A stretch of 64,000 nucleotides of DNA, taken from positions 1,408,001-1,472,000 of the forward strand of contig CAVSUE010000001.1 of NCBI GenBank assembly GCA_963731265.1. The letters run 5' to 3'. Position 1 is the stretch's first letter. The number at the start of each line of letters is the position of its first letter. A program made the position numbers and the translations under genes. The stretch is from an uncultured Verrucomicrobiae bacterium (lineage in GTDB: Bacteria > Chlamydiota > Chlamydiia > Chlamydiales > Rhabdochlamydiaceae). The notes beneath the pieces are model-generated. The model had not been told where the DNA came from, made no database searches, and saw only the letters and a list, made by a program, of their open reading frames with translations. Positions 1-9,492 of this stretch are shown here, piece by piece.

Positions 1-1580
1 GCCGTACACAGCAAGGCCGCCGTGCATGCCCTTGAGGCATGGTCGGCAAATTCGATCGGTGCTCCCCAGAATGCCATGATTCCATCGCCTAAGAATTTGT
101 CAATCGTTCCATGGAAATCCAAAATAATCCGATTCATTTCATTGAAATACTCGCTCAATAAGGGAATCAGGACATCGATCGAATAGGTTTCCGCGATACC
201 TGTAAATCCCGCGACATCAGAGAAAAAGATCGTGATCTTTCTTTTTTTCCCTCCAAGAATAATTTCTTCGTTAGTCTGAAAAAGATCTTTCACAATTTCT
301 TTTGGCACATAGCGTGAAAAGGAGCGGATGACGCGGCGCATCGCAGCAATAGAATTATCGATGAGAAAAATTTCTTTGATGCTGGATTTAACTCTCACAT
401 TGCTATCGAGCTGGAGCTCGCTGATTTTATTGACTTCTTGAGCCAGAGTCACCATGGGAGTGGAAATGCGCTTGGCAAAATAGATAATGACCAAAGCGGA
501 AAGAAGGAGAATGCCGACGGTCAATATCAGGGCCTCCTGCTGCAGCAAAATCATCTGCCCCAAGAAATCTTTCAGGGGCGCGACGATGACGATCAACCAG
601 TCGCTGTTAAAAATGACGGGCGGCTTAGTGATATAGGCAAGATATTCCACCCCTTTGCTTTTAAAGATAAAACTGGGATTTTGCGGATTTGCTTTCGACA
701 GCCGAAAAATAGAAGCAACCAGCAGATTGGTGATACCCGACTCCCCTGAGGTCTCGGGGAGGGTGGGAGCGATGATTTTGCCTTGTGCATCGAGAATAAA
801 GGCTTTTCCTGTCCTACCGATCTTTTGATCCATTAAAAATTTGGACAGAAAAGTAAATGTTAGGTCCGCAGCGATGACTCCGAGAAGCTCCCCTTTGGAA
901 TCATAGATCGGATTAGAGATGGAAATCCCTCGTTCCGGGGTAGACTCGAAGGTGTAAAAGCCTGTCCAATAAAGGCCTTTGGATTCTACCGCCCCCTGAT
1001 ACCACGGCCGAGAGAGGGAATCGTGCCCCACGAGCCGCCGCGACTCCTCCCCAATTTCTTGAAATTGACTATTTAAATAATACCAATAGTCCATCGGCGG
1101 GCTCTGTAAGTTATCGAAATTTCTTAAAGCATATACCGTCCCACGAGGTAAAGGTTTTGAGGGGTCGGTTAAATAGCTTTTTTGCGGATTAAAAGATTGG
1201 TTAAGCGCCCCAAAATAGCTGCCATTGGGCAATCCGACATAAAAATTAGAAAAGTTATGGTTATTTTTGAGCACATTGAGCATAAACGCTACCAATGCCT
1301 TATTATTGATCGAAATTTCGCCAAGCGAGGGCGCCCACCCCGCCGTGACTGTCGCGACCCGGTCTGAATTGGCGGCAATCTCGGTAAATTTTTCTAAAAT
1401 GACATTAGTAAGCTCTTCAGCGGCTTTTCTCGAATAATGGATCACAATTTTGTAATCTCGGGAATAGGTGAACGAGAGGACGCATAGGAAGGAAACAGAA
1501 ATTAGAGAGAGAAACAACGTAAGAATCGTCATTTTGAAAGTGTGCGTGCGATTCTTCAGTTGAAGAAAAATACGTTTCAT
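1..1580 (-). CDS. Class III adenylate/guanylate cyclase with N-terminal TM, Cache-like sensor and HAMP region (3' end runs off the window)
   Basis: Not in the ORF track. Manual translation from ATG at 1580 (MKRIFLQLKN...) gives TM segments, 'RPWYQGA', and the cyclase motifs 'ITIFFSDVAGFT' and 'GTIDKFLGDGIMAFWGAP'. Confidence 0.9.
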   Translation of the reverse strand, partial: MKRIFLQLKNRTHTFKMTILTLFLSLISVSFLCVLSFTYSRDYKIVIHYSRKAAEELTNVILEKFTEIAANSDRVATVTAGWAPSLGEISINNKALVAFMLNVLKNNHNFSNFYVGLPNGSYFGALNQSFNPQKSYLTDPSKPLPRGTVYALRNFDNLQSPPMDYWYYLNSQFQEIGEESRRLVGHDSLSRPWYQGAVESKGLYWTGFYTFESTPERGISISNPIYDSKGELLGVIAADLTFTFLSKFLMDQKIGRTGKAFILDAQGKIIAPTLPETSGESGITNLLVASIFRLSKANPQNPSFIFKSKGVEYLAYITKPPVIFNSDWLIVIVAPLKDFLGQMILLQQEALILTVGILLLSALVIIYFAKRISTPMVTLAQEVNKISELQLDSNVRVKSSIKEIFLIDNSIAAMRRVIRSFSRYVPKEIVKDLFQTNEEIILGGKKRKITIFFSDVAGFTGIAETYSIDVLIPLLSEYFNEMNRIILDFHGTIDKFLGDGIMAFWGAPIEFADHASRACTAALLCT

Positions 1581-1652
1581 AGTTTGTTTGTGTTGAGTTC
1601 TAAACCTTATGTAAACAACAATGAGTATTTTTAACAGAAAAAAACTGACACC

Positions 1653-2690
1653 ATGAAGATTACTCTTTTAACTGTGCTTATCTCAACGTTTCTAACGACA
1701 ATTGGACTCTTTTCGGATTCGGAAGTGCTCCTTCCTATGGAATTTTACCAAATCCCCTTTGCAGAGGAGCAAAAAATCGTCCTTGGAGTCAAAGAAGTGC
1801 CCATCCGGGAGATGGACGCGCCCTATAACGCTGCTTTGACCAAAAGTGAGAACGGAGAATATCTTTTATTTTTTCGTTACGACATCAAAAAAAAAGGATC
1901 CTTTAATCACAATTATATCGCTGTTGTTGAATTGGATGAAAAATTAGGACAAAAATCAGACTTCAAAACTATCGATGTTCGAAGCGAATTCGCCAATGAC
2001 CCGCGAGTCATAAAAAACCATTCCCAATTCTTCCTCGTCTACAACGATACATTCTCTTCAAATCCCAAAGACAGGATCATGAAAATTGCCGAGATCGATC
2101 TAGTGGATTATCAACTGAAATACATCACGAGTCTTGATCGGCGTCTCAAATCAACAGAGAAAAATTGGGTTCCTTTTCATTTCGGTGGAGGAGCTTCTGA
2201 TGGGGTATGCTTCATTTATTCGATCCAACCGTACGATATTTTAAGATTGGAAAACCCTCGAGAAAATAACCTGAAAAAAGTAACGGAAATTTCCCAAATT
2301 AACACCTTTCCCTGGTTGTGGGGCCCCCCCCGCGGGGGCACTTCTGCTGAATTTGTCAATGGCGAGTACTTGACATTCTTCCATAGCTCATTCAAGGATT
2401 GGTATGGAAAGCGCTGGTACGCCATGGGAGCATTGACCTTTGAGAGCAAACCGCCTTTTAAAATTACCGCGGTTTCTCCTCATCCTATCCTTTTTGAAGG
2501 AATCTATAGTTCGCCCAATTTGAACGGGGCTTCCAGCAAGCTGCGCTGCATCTTTCCTAGCGGTCTTGTCCTCACGGAAGATGGCAAGATCCTCGTTTCT
2601 TGCGGAGAAAACGATTCATCCATCAAAATTATCACTTTCGATCAAGAGGCCCTTCTTAACAGCCTTATACCCGTGAACGAGTTGAATTAA
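1653..2690 (+). CDS. Exported five-bladed beta-propeller glycosidase/mannosyltransferase-like protein (GH130/GT91-like)
   Basis: Signal-peptide-like N-terminus; motifs YNAAL, NDPRV, EKNWVPF, RGGT, IFPSG and GEND. Confidence 0.55.
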   Translation: MKITLLTVLISTFLTTIGLFSDSEVLLPMEFYQIPFAEEQKIVLGVKEVPIREMDAPYNAALTKSENGEYLLFFRYDIKKKGSFNHNYIAVVELDEKLGQKSDFKTIDVRSEFANDPRVIKNHSQFFLVYNDTFSSNPKDRIMKIAEIDLVDYQLKYITSLDRRLKSTEKNWVPFHFGGGASDGVCFIYSIQPYDILRLENPRENNLKKVTEISQINTFPWLWGPPRGGTSAEFVNGEYLTFFHSSFKDWYGKRWYAMGALTFESKPPFKITAVSPHPILFEGIYSSPNLNGASSKLRCIFPSGLVLTEDGKILVSCGENDSSIKIITFDQEALLNSLIPVNELN

Positions 2691-2735
2691 TTGATTGAAA
2701 TCCCCTATCCTCCTTTTCTTTTTTAGGAGGGGCGT

Positions 2736-4229
2736 ATGACAACAGTAGCAATTATAGGAAGCGGACCTGCGGGCATTGTCGCCGCTAAAACAGCGGTGGA
2801 GTGCGGACTTATCCCCACCATTCTTGAAAAAAGCTCTCAACCCGGCGGAATCTGGCAGCCGAATACAGGTTCAACATGGGAGAGCATGCGTACAAATATT
2901 TCTCATTATACCTGCATGTTCTCGGATTTTGCCTGGAAAGGGTCCGTCCAAGACTTCCCGAATCAGCGAGAAGTGTTTGACTATCTTGGCGACTACATGA
3001 AAACCTTCAAGCTCGAGCAATATTTAAATCTCCACTCGAACGTCGAAACAGTCATTAAGGCGGGAAATGGCTGGCTGGTCGAATGGACAAAAGATGATTT
3101 ACACAAACGAAGCCAATGCTTTAATTGTGTGATCGTCGCTACGGGATTCTTCTCGAAAGCGGCCATGCCCTTCTCTATAGGAATTGAAAATTTCAAAGAG
3201 CGAGTCACCCACGCGAAAGACTACAAAACCCCTGAAACTTTTCGGGGCAAGGAAGTGGTGGTCATTGGAAGCGCTTTCAGCGGATGTGAGATCGCTGCAG
3301 AACTGACCTCTACCGCAAAACGGATCGTTCATGCGACATCACGAAAGTCGATGTATATTTTGCCAAGGTACCTTCCCGTTAAAGATTCTACACGCAAGGT
3401 TCCGGGCGACCTCGTTTTTTATAGCCGTGCCGCCCATTTGCGCTCCAAAGACGCACCGCCCGAAGAGGTAAATCAACGGAAGCACACTTGGCTGCGCAGC
3501 GTTAGCGAGCAAGAAAAACTTTGCCCTGAATTACAAGTGACGACTGAAAAGAAAAATCCTCCCTACGTCGTCATCTCAGACTCTTACGTCCAGGGAGTGC
3601 AGGAAAAACGGATTGAAATCAAGCATACCCGCATAGAATATGTCGTGGATGACGCCACTGTCCTTTTTACCGACGGGACCCAAATCAGAGCCGATGAGAT
3701 CATTTGCTGCACTGGCTACAAAACAGAGCTCCCCTTTCTGGATCCGGAAACCTTAGACGATATCGGCTTTCTCACGGATGATCCATTCCAACCTATGCTG
3801 CTACATAAAACGGTATTTCCGAGAAATAACCGAGGTCTTGCCTTTGTCGGGCTGTATCGAGGACCTTTCTTCGGGGTGATGGAACTACAAGCGAGATATG
3901 CTTGCTCTGCCTTTAGCGGCAAGATCCCGCTGCCCACGGAAGAAGAGATTAAATGGGGAGTCAAAGAGGAGCAGAGGATCCGAAACATGAGACCGAGGCC
4001 GCAATTTCCTCATGGGGACTATGTCGGACTATGCGAAGATTTGGCCAAGCAGATCGGCGTAGCGCCCGATCTCGAAGGCCTGAAAACAAGCAATCCTCCC
4101 CTGCACAAACAATTGCTCGAAGGTCCCTTCACTGTAGCTTCCTATCGGCTTTCAGAACTTGGCACTAAACGGGCCCTTGCTCTCAGGCACATCGAGCAAA
4201 TCAATCTCATAGCAGCAGGAACAGCTTAG
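2736..4229 (+). CDS. Flavin-containing monooxygenase (FMO family)
   Basis: Two Rossmann motifs (GSGPAG, GSAFSG), FMO fingerprint FxxxxxHxxxY (FKERVTHAKDY), ATG and CTGY motifs. Confidence 0.9.
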   Translation: MTTVAIIGSGPAGIVAAKTAVECGLIPTILEKSSQPGGIWQPNTGSTWESMRTNISHYTCMFSDFAWKGSVQDFPNQREVFDYLGDYMKTFKLEQYLNLHSNVETVIKAGNGWLVEWTKDDLHKRSQCFNCVIVATGFFSKAAMPFSIGIENFKERVTHAKDYKTPETFRGKEVVVIGSAFSGCEIAAELTSTAKRIVHATSRKSMYILPRYLPVKDSTRKVPGDLVFYSRAAHLRSKDAPPEEVNQRKHTWLRSVSEQEKLCPELQVTTEKKNPPYVVISDSYVQGVQEKRIEIKHTRIEYVVDDATVLFTDGTQIRADEIICCTGYKTELPFLDPETLDDIGFLTDDPFQPMLLHKTVFPRNNRGLAFVGLYRGPFFGVMELQARYACSAFSGKIPLPTEEEIKWGVKEEQRIRNMRPRPQFPHGDYVGLCEDLAKQIGVAPDLEGLKTSNPPLHKQLLEGPFTVASYRLSELGTKRALALRHIEQINLIAAGTA

Positions 4230-4392
4230 GGATTGTAAGAAAATAACTTTTACTGTTCTCGAGGGAAAAATCGATTCATCTCCCGACGATTTTTCCTTGC
4301 AGGGGTGACAAGAACACCTGCTGCGGAAAAATCCTCAAGATCTGAACCGTTTTTCTCCTCGGGAACTGTAAAATTTATTTCCTTACAACCCC
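4229..4392. mobile_element. 164-bp hairpin MITE with TTA target duplication between convergent genes
   Basis: Arms GGGATTGTAAGAAAATAA... and ...TTATTTCCTTACAACCCC form a long imperfect inverted repeat; TTA at 4226-4228 and 4393-4395. Confidence 0.75.
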
Positions 4393-4599
4393 TTAACGCC
4401 TTTTACTTACAATCAAACCGCCGCCTAAAACGACCAGGACGAGCCCTCCGACAATGTACCAAGTGGTGGTATCGGTGTACCGTCCTGTCAACTTCTCGAC
4501 GATTGCTTCATTGGCTTTATGTGTGGCGTTAATGCCAAAGGCTAATAAAAGGATGCCCGCTGCCAAAGCCGCGACCCCTATTATACGAAATAAATTCAT
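4393..4599 (-). CDS. Small two-TM membrane protein (DUF3185-like)
   Basis: MNLFRIIGVAALAAGILLLAFG...TGRYTDTTTWYIVGG; the upstream extension in the ORF track comes from the adjacent MITE. Confidence 0.75.
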   Translation of the reverse strand: MNLFRIIGVAALAAGILLLAFGINATHKANEAIVEKLTGRYTDTTTWYIVGGLVLVVLGGGLIVSKRR

Positions 4600-4622
4600 A
4601 GCTCTACCTTTAAAATCTAACC

Positions 4623-4881
4623 TATACCGGAAATGATTCAAAAGTTGGGAATTTGGCAAGGCGGTTGCGCAAATTTTTTATCTGGAGCAAGCGACCATTG
4701 TGCAAGCACAAGGCTCGAGATTCGTCTCGGCATGTTTGCCGCGAAGCGAGCCAACCGCTTGGCTCGCGTCTGATCTCGAGGTCAAGCGCGATGCAGCGCG
4801 CGAACGGGTTGAGTTGAAGACAAAAAATTTGCTGCATAGCCAACACAGCCCAAAACCACTTTTTGAGTCATTTTCAGTATA
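4623..4881. mobile_element. TATA-bounded palindromic MITE (~259 bp)
   Basis: Terminal IRs TATACCGGAAATGATTCAAAAGTTGG / CCACTTTTTGAGTCATTTTCAGTATA, with nested internal hairpins. Confidence 0.75.
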
Positions 4882-5046
4882 TATCTCGATTAATAATTTT
4901 TAACAACACGTTTCTGGACTGGTTGAAGAGCGGTATGGAAGAAAGATTAGAGATATCGACATTGAGCCCAACAAGCCTCTAGATTATTTTAGTTTATTTA
5001 ATCATTGGAAAAAGATTATAATCTTCGCCTGAAATACGAGGATTAT

Positions 5047-6351
5047 ATGGCTACAACTATTTCTAGATCAGTTTCATCCCATTCCACACTAGCCCAGTGC
5101 CACGACGCTATCTTGGTTGCCGCATTGCAATTGGATGGCAGAGGCGATATTTACGGAGCTCATGAGGTTGCTTTGCGCGTTCAAAAGCTGATGCCGCATG
5201 CAAAGGTGACATTCACGGTTCTAAAACCCCGTTTTACTGCTAGCGAGGCGTTCCTTTTTGGAGATAAAGAGTTTGTCGACATTTCTCAGATTCAACAGCA
5301 AGAGCACTGGGCAATCGAAGAAGAGTCCACAGTCCTGGAAACCCTCTCGACATTTAAGAAGATCATCGTTTTCCCCACATACCATGATTCGTTATTGCCT
5401 GAGGAAATCTTAAAGCGTCATCAAGATGTGATCAAACTGCGTGAGTATAGCGTGGGTTCTCCCAAACCAGGAATTGTTGTAGGTCCTACATACACACTTG
5501 GACTCGATCAATCTAAAGGAGAAAAAGGCGTTCTTCTGCCTGATGAGTGGAGCGAAGCGATTCCTCCTCGAATTGAACCATCACCTATTCAACGGCTCAC
5601 CCATTTGAAAAACGTGGAACCATCGTTGAGCAAGGCAATCTTCGGGACAGAGTTTTCTCAAAAGGCTGTCCAAAACTTTTCCGAATCATCCAAATTATAC
5701 TTGGGCTATTTTAGTCAAGGAGATGTATTTTTTTGTTTCATCAATGCCCTTTTGCTGACAAAACAGGGAAATTTGGTCATTTGTAATACTCAAAATAGAC
5801 CAGAAGGCCTCATGGACAATATCGAGGATACTTTAATTGAAAAGGGCTTTGGGCAAATGAATATCATCGAATTTTCAGATTCTATCCAATATACATCCGA
5901 TATCCAGAAACTTGGGGCTGAGAAGAAAACATGCACACTGATTTTTCGCCCTCTGTCTGCAATTGAAATGGATTCTATGCTGCGTGCTACAGAAGACGAG
6001 GCTTTGACAACAGGAGATCTGTCCCCTTTCAAATTCATGGCCTACCGCAAAACAATTCTCTATGATACCAGACAGCAAAAACATGAATCAGCTGAAGCGA
6101 TGATACAATTAGCTTCTCAATTCGATCCTCGTTTTAAAACGCTTCTTCCGATCGCATTTTTTGGAGCAGAAGAACCGAGCCAACGGGTCGATGTGACGGC
6201 ATTAGAGAAGGGAATGGCTAAGTTCATAATGGCCATGGATCAGGACACTTTGCTAAAAGAAAAATGGAACTCCTTTATCAATGAGGTCTTTTTAAAACAC
6301 GATTTCACCCCGCAACTGTCCCAGATTTTAGAAGAAAGAATTGTTCATTGA
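5047..6351 (+). CDS. Hypothetical protein, possibly GT-B glycosyltransferase fold, effector-like N-terminus
   Basis: Long ORF; Ser/Thr-rich start MATTISRSVSS; 'DGRGDIYGA' near the N-terminus and 'LTTGDLSPF' in the C-terminal half. Confidence 0.5.
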   Translation: MATTISRSVSSHSTLAQCHDAILVAALQLDGRGDIYGAHEVALRVQKLMPHAKVTFTVLKPRFTASEAFLFGDKEFVDISQIQQQEHWAIEEESTVLETLSTFKKIIVFPTYHDSLLPEEILKRHQDVIKLREYSVGSPKPGIVVGPTYTLGLDQSKGEKGVLLPDEWSEAIPPRIEPSPIQRLTHLKNVEPSLSKAIFGTEFSQKAVQNFSESSKLYLGYFSQGDVFFCFINALLLTKQGNLVICNTQNRPEGLMDNIEDTLIEKGFGQMNIIEFSDSIQYTSDIQKLGAEKKTCTLIFRPLSAIEMDSMLRATEDEALTTGDLSPFKFMAYRKTILYDTRQQKHESAEAMIQLASQFDPRFKTLLPIAFFGAEEPSQRVDVTALEKGMAKFIMAMDQDTLLKEKWNSFINEVFLKHDFTPQLSQILEERIVH

Positions 6352-6410
6352 TGAGAGTTGCTAAAAAAATATCTACTTTATAAACTCCACTTCGAGTTGA
6401 TACCCAGGTG

Positions 6411-6595
6411 TATACTGCTGACCCTTGAAAGTTATAGAAAATTTCAATTTCAGCGCTTCAATTTTTTGTTTGTTGAAGCAGGCCATGTGCAAGCACATGA
6501 TCGATGGAAACGAACAAAAAGGCCGTGGCAAACCACGGCCGTAAAGGAAGATGCTGAAGCAGAAATTTTCCTAACTTTCAAGTGGAAGTAGTATA
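6411..6595 (+). mobile_element. MITE family A, copy 1
   Basis: TATACTGCTGACCCTTGAAAGTTA...TAACTTTCAAGTGGAAGTAGTATA; near-identical reverse-complement copy at 58578-58744. Confidence 0.85.
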
Positions 6596-6596
6596 T

Positions 6597-7616
6597 ATGG
6601 CGAAAATGCGTGCGATGCAAGTGCCCCGTCCAAATGGCCCCTTCGAGCTCGTTGAAAGAGACATTCCAGAGCCTGGACCTGGAACTGTGAGAGTGAAAGT
6701 ACAAGCATGCGGTGTTTGCCACAGCGATGTCTTTGCTAAAGAAGGGCTGTTTCCAGGGATTCAATACCCTCGGGTTCCAGGCCATGAGGTCGCAGGAGTT
6801 ATCGACAGTATTAGCGCGGGGGTAGAAAACTGGAAAGTTGGGCAAAGAGTGGGAATCGGTTGGCACGGAGGCTACTGTTTCTATTGCAGCCCTTGCCGCC
6901 ATGGGGATTTCATCAACTGCACCAACATGAAGATTTGCGGGATTTCTTATGATGGCGGCTATGCAGATTACATGATTGCTCCCGTCACTGCCTTAGCGCT
7001 GATTCCAGATGCAATTTCACCCGTTGAAGCCGCTCCTTTGATGTGCGCAGGCATCACAACTTTTAATGCCTTGCGAAACAGTGGTGCTCGACCCGGCGCC
7101 CTCGTCGCGATCTTGGGCATCGGAGGCTTAGGCCATTTGGCCATCCAATTCGCCGTAAAAATGGGCTTCAAGACGTACGCGATAGCTCGCGGCAAAGACA
7201 AAGAAGCTCTAGCAAAAAAACTCGGCGCTCACCGCTACCTAGATAGCCAGTCTCAAAAAATTGGCGATGAGCTGCAACAAATGGGAGGGGCAAAAGTCTT
7301 GCTTTCAACAATTACCAACTCCAAAGCGATTCAAGAAGCGATGCCGGGTCTTTCCATCAACGGCAAACTCGTCATCGTCGGGGCGGCTCCGGAACCGTTA
7401 GAGGTCCCTCCGATGCTTCTCATTCGAGGCAAACGCACCATTTCCGGCTGGGCTTCCGGATCTTCGATCGATTCCGAAGAGACCATGTCGTTTTGCTCCC
7501 AAACTGGCGTTCGATCCATGAACGAAGTTTTTCCTCTCGAACGTGCAGCTGAAGCCTATGACTTGATGATGAGGGGCAAAGTGCGCTTCCGCGCGGTTCT
7601 CACTACGGGGAATTAA
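6597..7616 (+). CDS. Zinc-dependent alcohol dehydrogenase (MDR superfamily)
   Basis: CGVCHSD, GHEVAG, structural-Zn cluster CFYCSPC...C, and GIGGLG. Confidence 0.93.
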   Translation: MAKMRAMQVPRPNGPFELVERDIPEPGPGTVRVKVQACGVCHSDVFAKEGLFPGIQYPRVPGHEVAGVIDSISAGVENWKVGQRVGIGWHGGYCFYCSPCRHGDFINCTNMKICGISYDGGYADYMIAPVTALALIPDAISPVEAAPLMCAGITTFNALRNSGARPGALVAILGIGGLGHLAIQFAVKMGFKTYAIARGKDKEALAKKLGAHRYLDSQSQKIGDELQQMGGAKVLLSTITNSKAIQEAMPGLSINGKLVIVGAAPEPLEVPPMLLIRGKRTISGWASGSSIDSEETMSFCSQTGVRSMNEVFPLERAAEAYDLMMRGKVRFRAVLTTGN

Positions 7617-7930
7617 TAGCGTCCCCGATGACCTAAAAGACGGATATGACGTCGATCCATTAACTTTGCAGGTCACACGCAACAATCTCCGTTTTTTGCT
7701 CGATGCAAATCTTTTTGCTTTAATCGATCTTGTGGAAAAATGTAAAAATCCGAGCCACAATTTTTTTCCCGGCCCTGGCGGCGATTCATCGATCGTTCTA
7801 AGAAACGTTCTCTTATCGACAATAAAAAAACAGTCAGGAAGTTGTACGAAGATTTGTTATGAATTCTATTGAAGGATCTGGGCAAGCTCTTAAGCTCGTG
7901 AGCCCCCTTAAAGGGAATCGGCTTTAATGG

Positions 7931-8674
7931 TCACTCTTTCTTGAGGTGTTTTAAGATTTCGATCAGCTGTTCGTGCCGTTTTCCATGCAAGTCCAACATC
8001 TGTAGCTGAGAAAAAATTTGATCCGGAAAAGCGCTAGGGTGAATCCACCAATCTTCAAAGATGATCTCTTTATATTTAACATCCGCGCAAAGTAAATAAT
8101 AACCTAACGAAGAAAGAATCAATCTCTCCTTATTTCGATAATTATCCCCAAAACGATAAAAGTCGTGTTCAATGGTGATAATTTTGAAAGTGTAATTTTC
8201 AAATGGGATTCTTTGCAGCACTAATTCGTAGTTTCGATCAATATCTATAGAAAGATAATCGATGACAGGGGGAAAAGGGAGTAAAACAGCGTTATAATCT
8301 GCTTGCGTGGCGTCTTGGACAAGTAGTGGGTTCTTCCGTTTCGTAGACCACGCCTCTGCAAATCGATCGGTAATGTCGATACTGATTCCTTTCCAGCCGT
8401 GTTTGGCTTCGAAAAAGTAGCTGTTATTGACAAGAGTGGGAGTGGCCGCTCCGACCTCGAGATAATACCCGGGGTCTTGTTTGCCGAGTAGGTCGTAGAG
8501 GAGAAATTGAACAAATTGATCTTGAGAAGCTTGAGAGTAAAACATAGGCGTGTGTTGTTGTGCTTGCACGGGATGGACCGCACATAGAATTATTCCGAGG
8601 AAGAAAAAAAAAGGCTTCCACATGAATCGATGACAGGACCTTGAAATAGAATGTGTGGTTGTATGAATCATCAT
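7931..8674 (-). CDS. FkbM-like SAM-dependent methyltransferase with signal/TM segment
   Basis: YSQASQD, YYLEVGA, NNSYFFE, WKGISID, IDYLSIDID, ITIEHD, FEDWW; GGAGG RBS upstream of ATG 8674. Confidence 0.8.
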   Translation of the reverse strand: MMIHTTTHSISRSCHRFMWKPFFFFLGIILCAVHPVQAQQHTPMFYSQASQDQFVQFLLYDLLGKQDPGYYLEVGAATPTLVNNSYFFEAKHGWKGISIDITDRFAEAWSTKRKNPLLVQDATQADYNAVLLPFPPVIDYLSIDIDRNYELVLQRIPFENYTFKIITIEHDFYRFGDNYRNKERLILSSLGYYLLCADVKYKEIIFEDWWIHPSAFPDQIFSQLQMLDLHGKRHEQLIEILKHLKKE

Positions 8675-8843
8675 TGGACCCTCCGGATGCAACATATACA
8701 CGTGCGAGTCATAGACAAGTAGAGGGTGTCGTTGCTACCATCACTTTGGGGCAACTCTACATTGTGTATAGAATTTTATCTACGAAAAAACAGATCGAAT
8801 TTATAATCGCTTTTTTTTTGTAAAAAATGAAAGGAGCTTTCTT

Positions 8844-9177
8844 TTGAGACATGCATTGGCATTTATGTTGTATTTAATCGGTAGCGTCTTCCTCGATGTG
8901 CCAAGCTTTGCTTCTGGACACATTGCAAAAGCCAATGGAATTGAAATCTGGGATGCGCCAATTCAGCGCTCCCACGTTGATCATCTATGGCTCAGAGGAT
9001 CCGATCTTGCCCACGGAGGAGCGTTAAACTCAGCCATTCCGGGCTCTCAATCCCTTCAATGGAAGGATTGGGACATGTGCTGAACAGCTATTTTTATGAT
9101 TTAATCGTACGAGAATTGGCACCGCCATGCCGTTCCTAAGAATATAAAGATAAATTTAATGAATTCCAGCTCTTGAG
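8844..9177 (+). pseudogene. Internally deleted, frameshifted alpha/beta-hydrolase remnant
   Basis: N-terminal 'ANGIEIW' is joined directly to C-terminal pieces in shifting frames: 'APTLIIYGSEDPILP', 'SAIPGS' and 'MEGLGHVL'. Confidence 0.65.
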
Positions 9178-9492
9178 CGAGTGCCCGACACAGTCCAGAA
9201 GAGAGCCGTTCTTACTGAAACAAACAATATGATTTTTAACATGGAAATAATTTAATTTCATTCTTAAAGAAGAAGGCAGCCTTTGATTTTTAATGACTTA
9301 CTTTATTAATCATAATTTAAATAATTGACATTAATTAACTTTTATTTGATAATTTTGTTTATGAAACAATTTATATCTATAAAAAACACCTTCTTGTTCT
9401 CATTCTTCTCAGGCCGACGGCTATACGCCGGCTGCTAAATCCATTTTTTCAGCAATAATTAGTAAAATTTAAATTAAAAAAATAGGTGTACT

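Noticed and set aside
6358..6591. Similar small ORFs at 6358-6591 and 58504-58689 that look like a peptide family
   Set aside because: The similarity is fully explained by MITE family A DNA; no independent coding evidence.
7620..7872. Possible gene remnant after the ADH
   Set aside because: Protein-like fragment with no start context or identifiable family.
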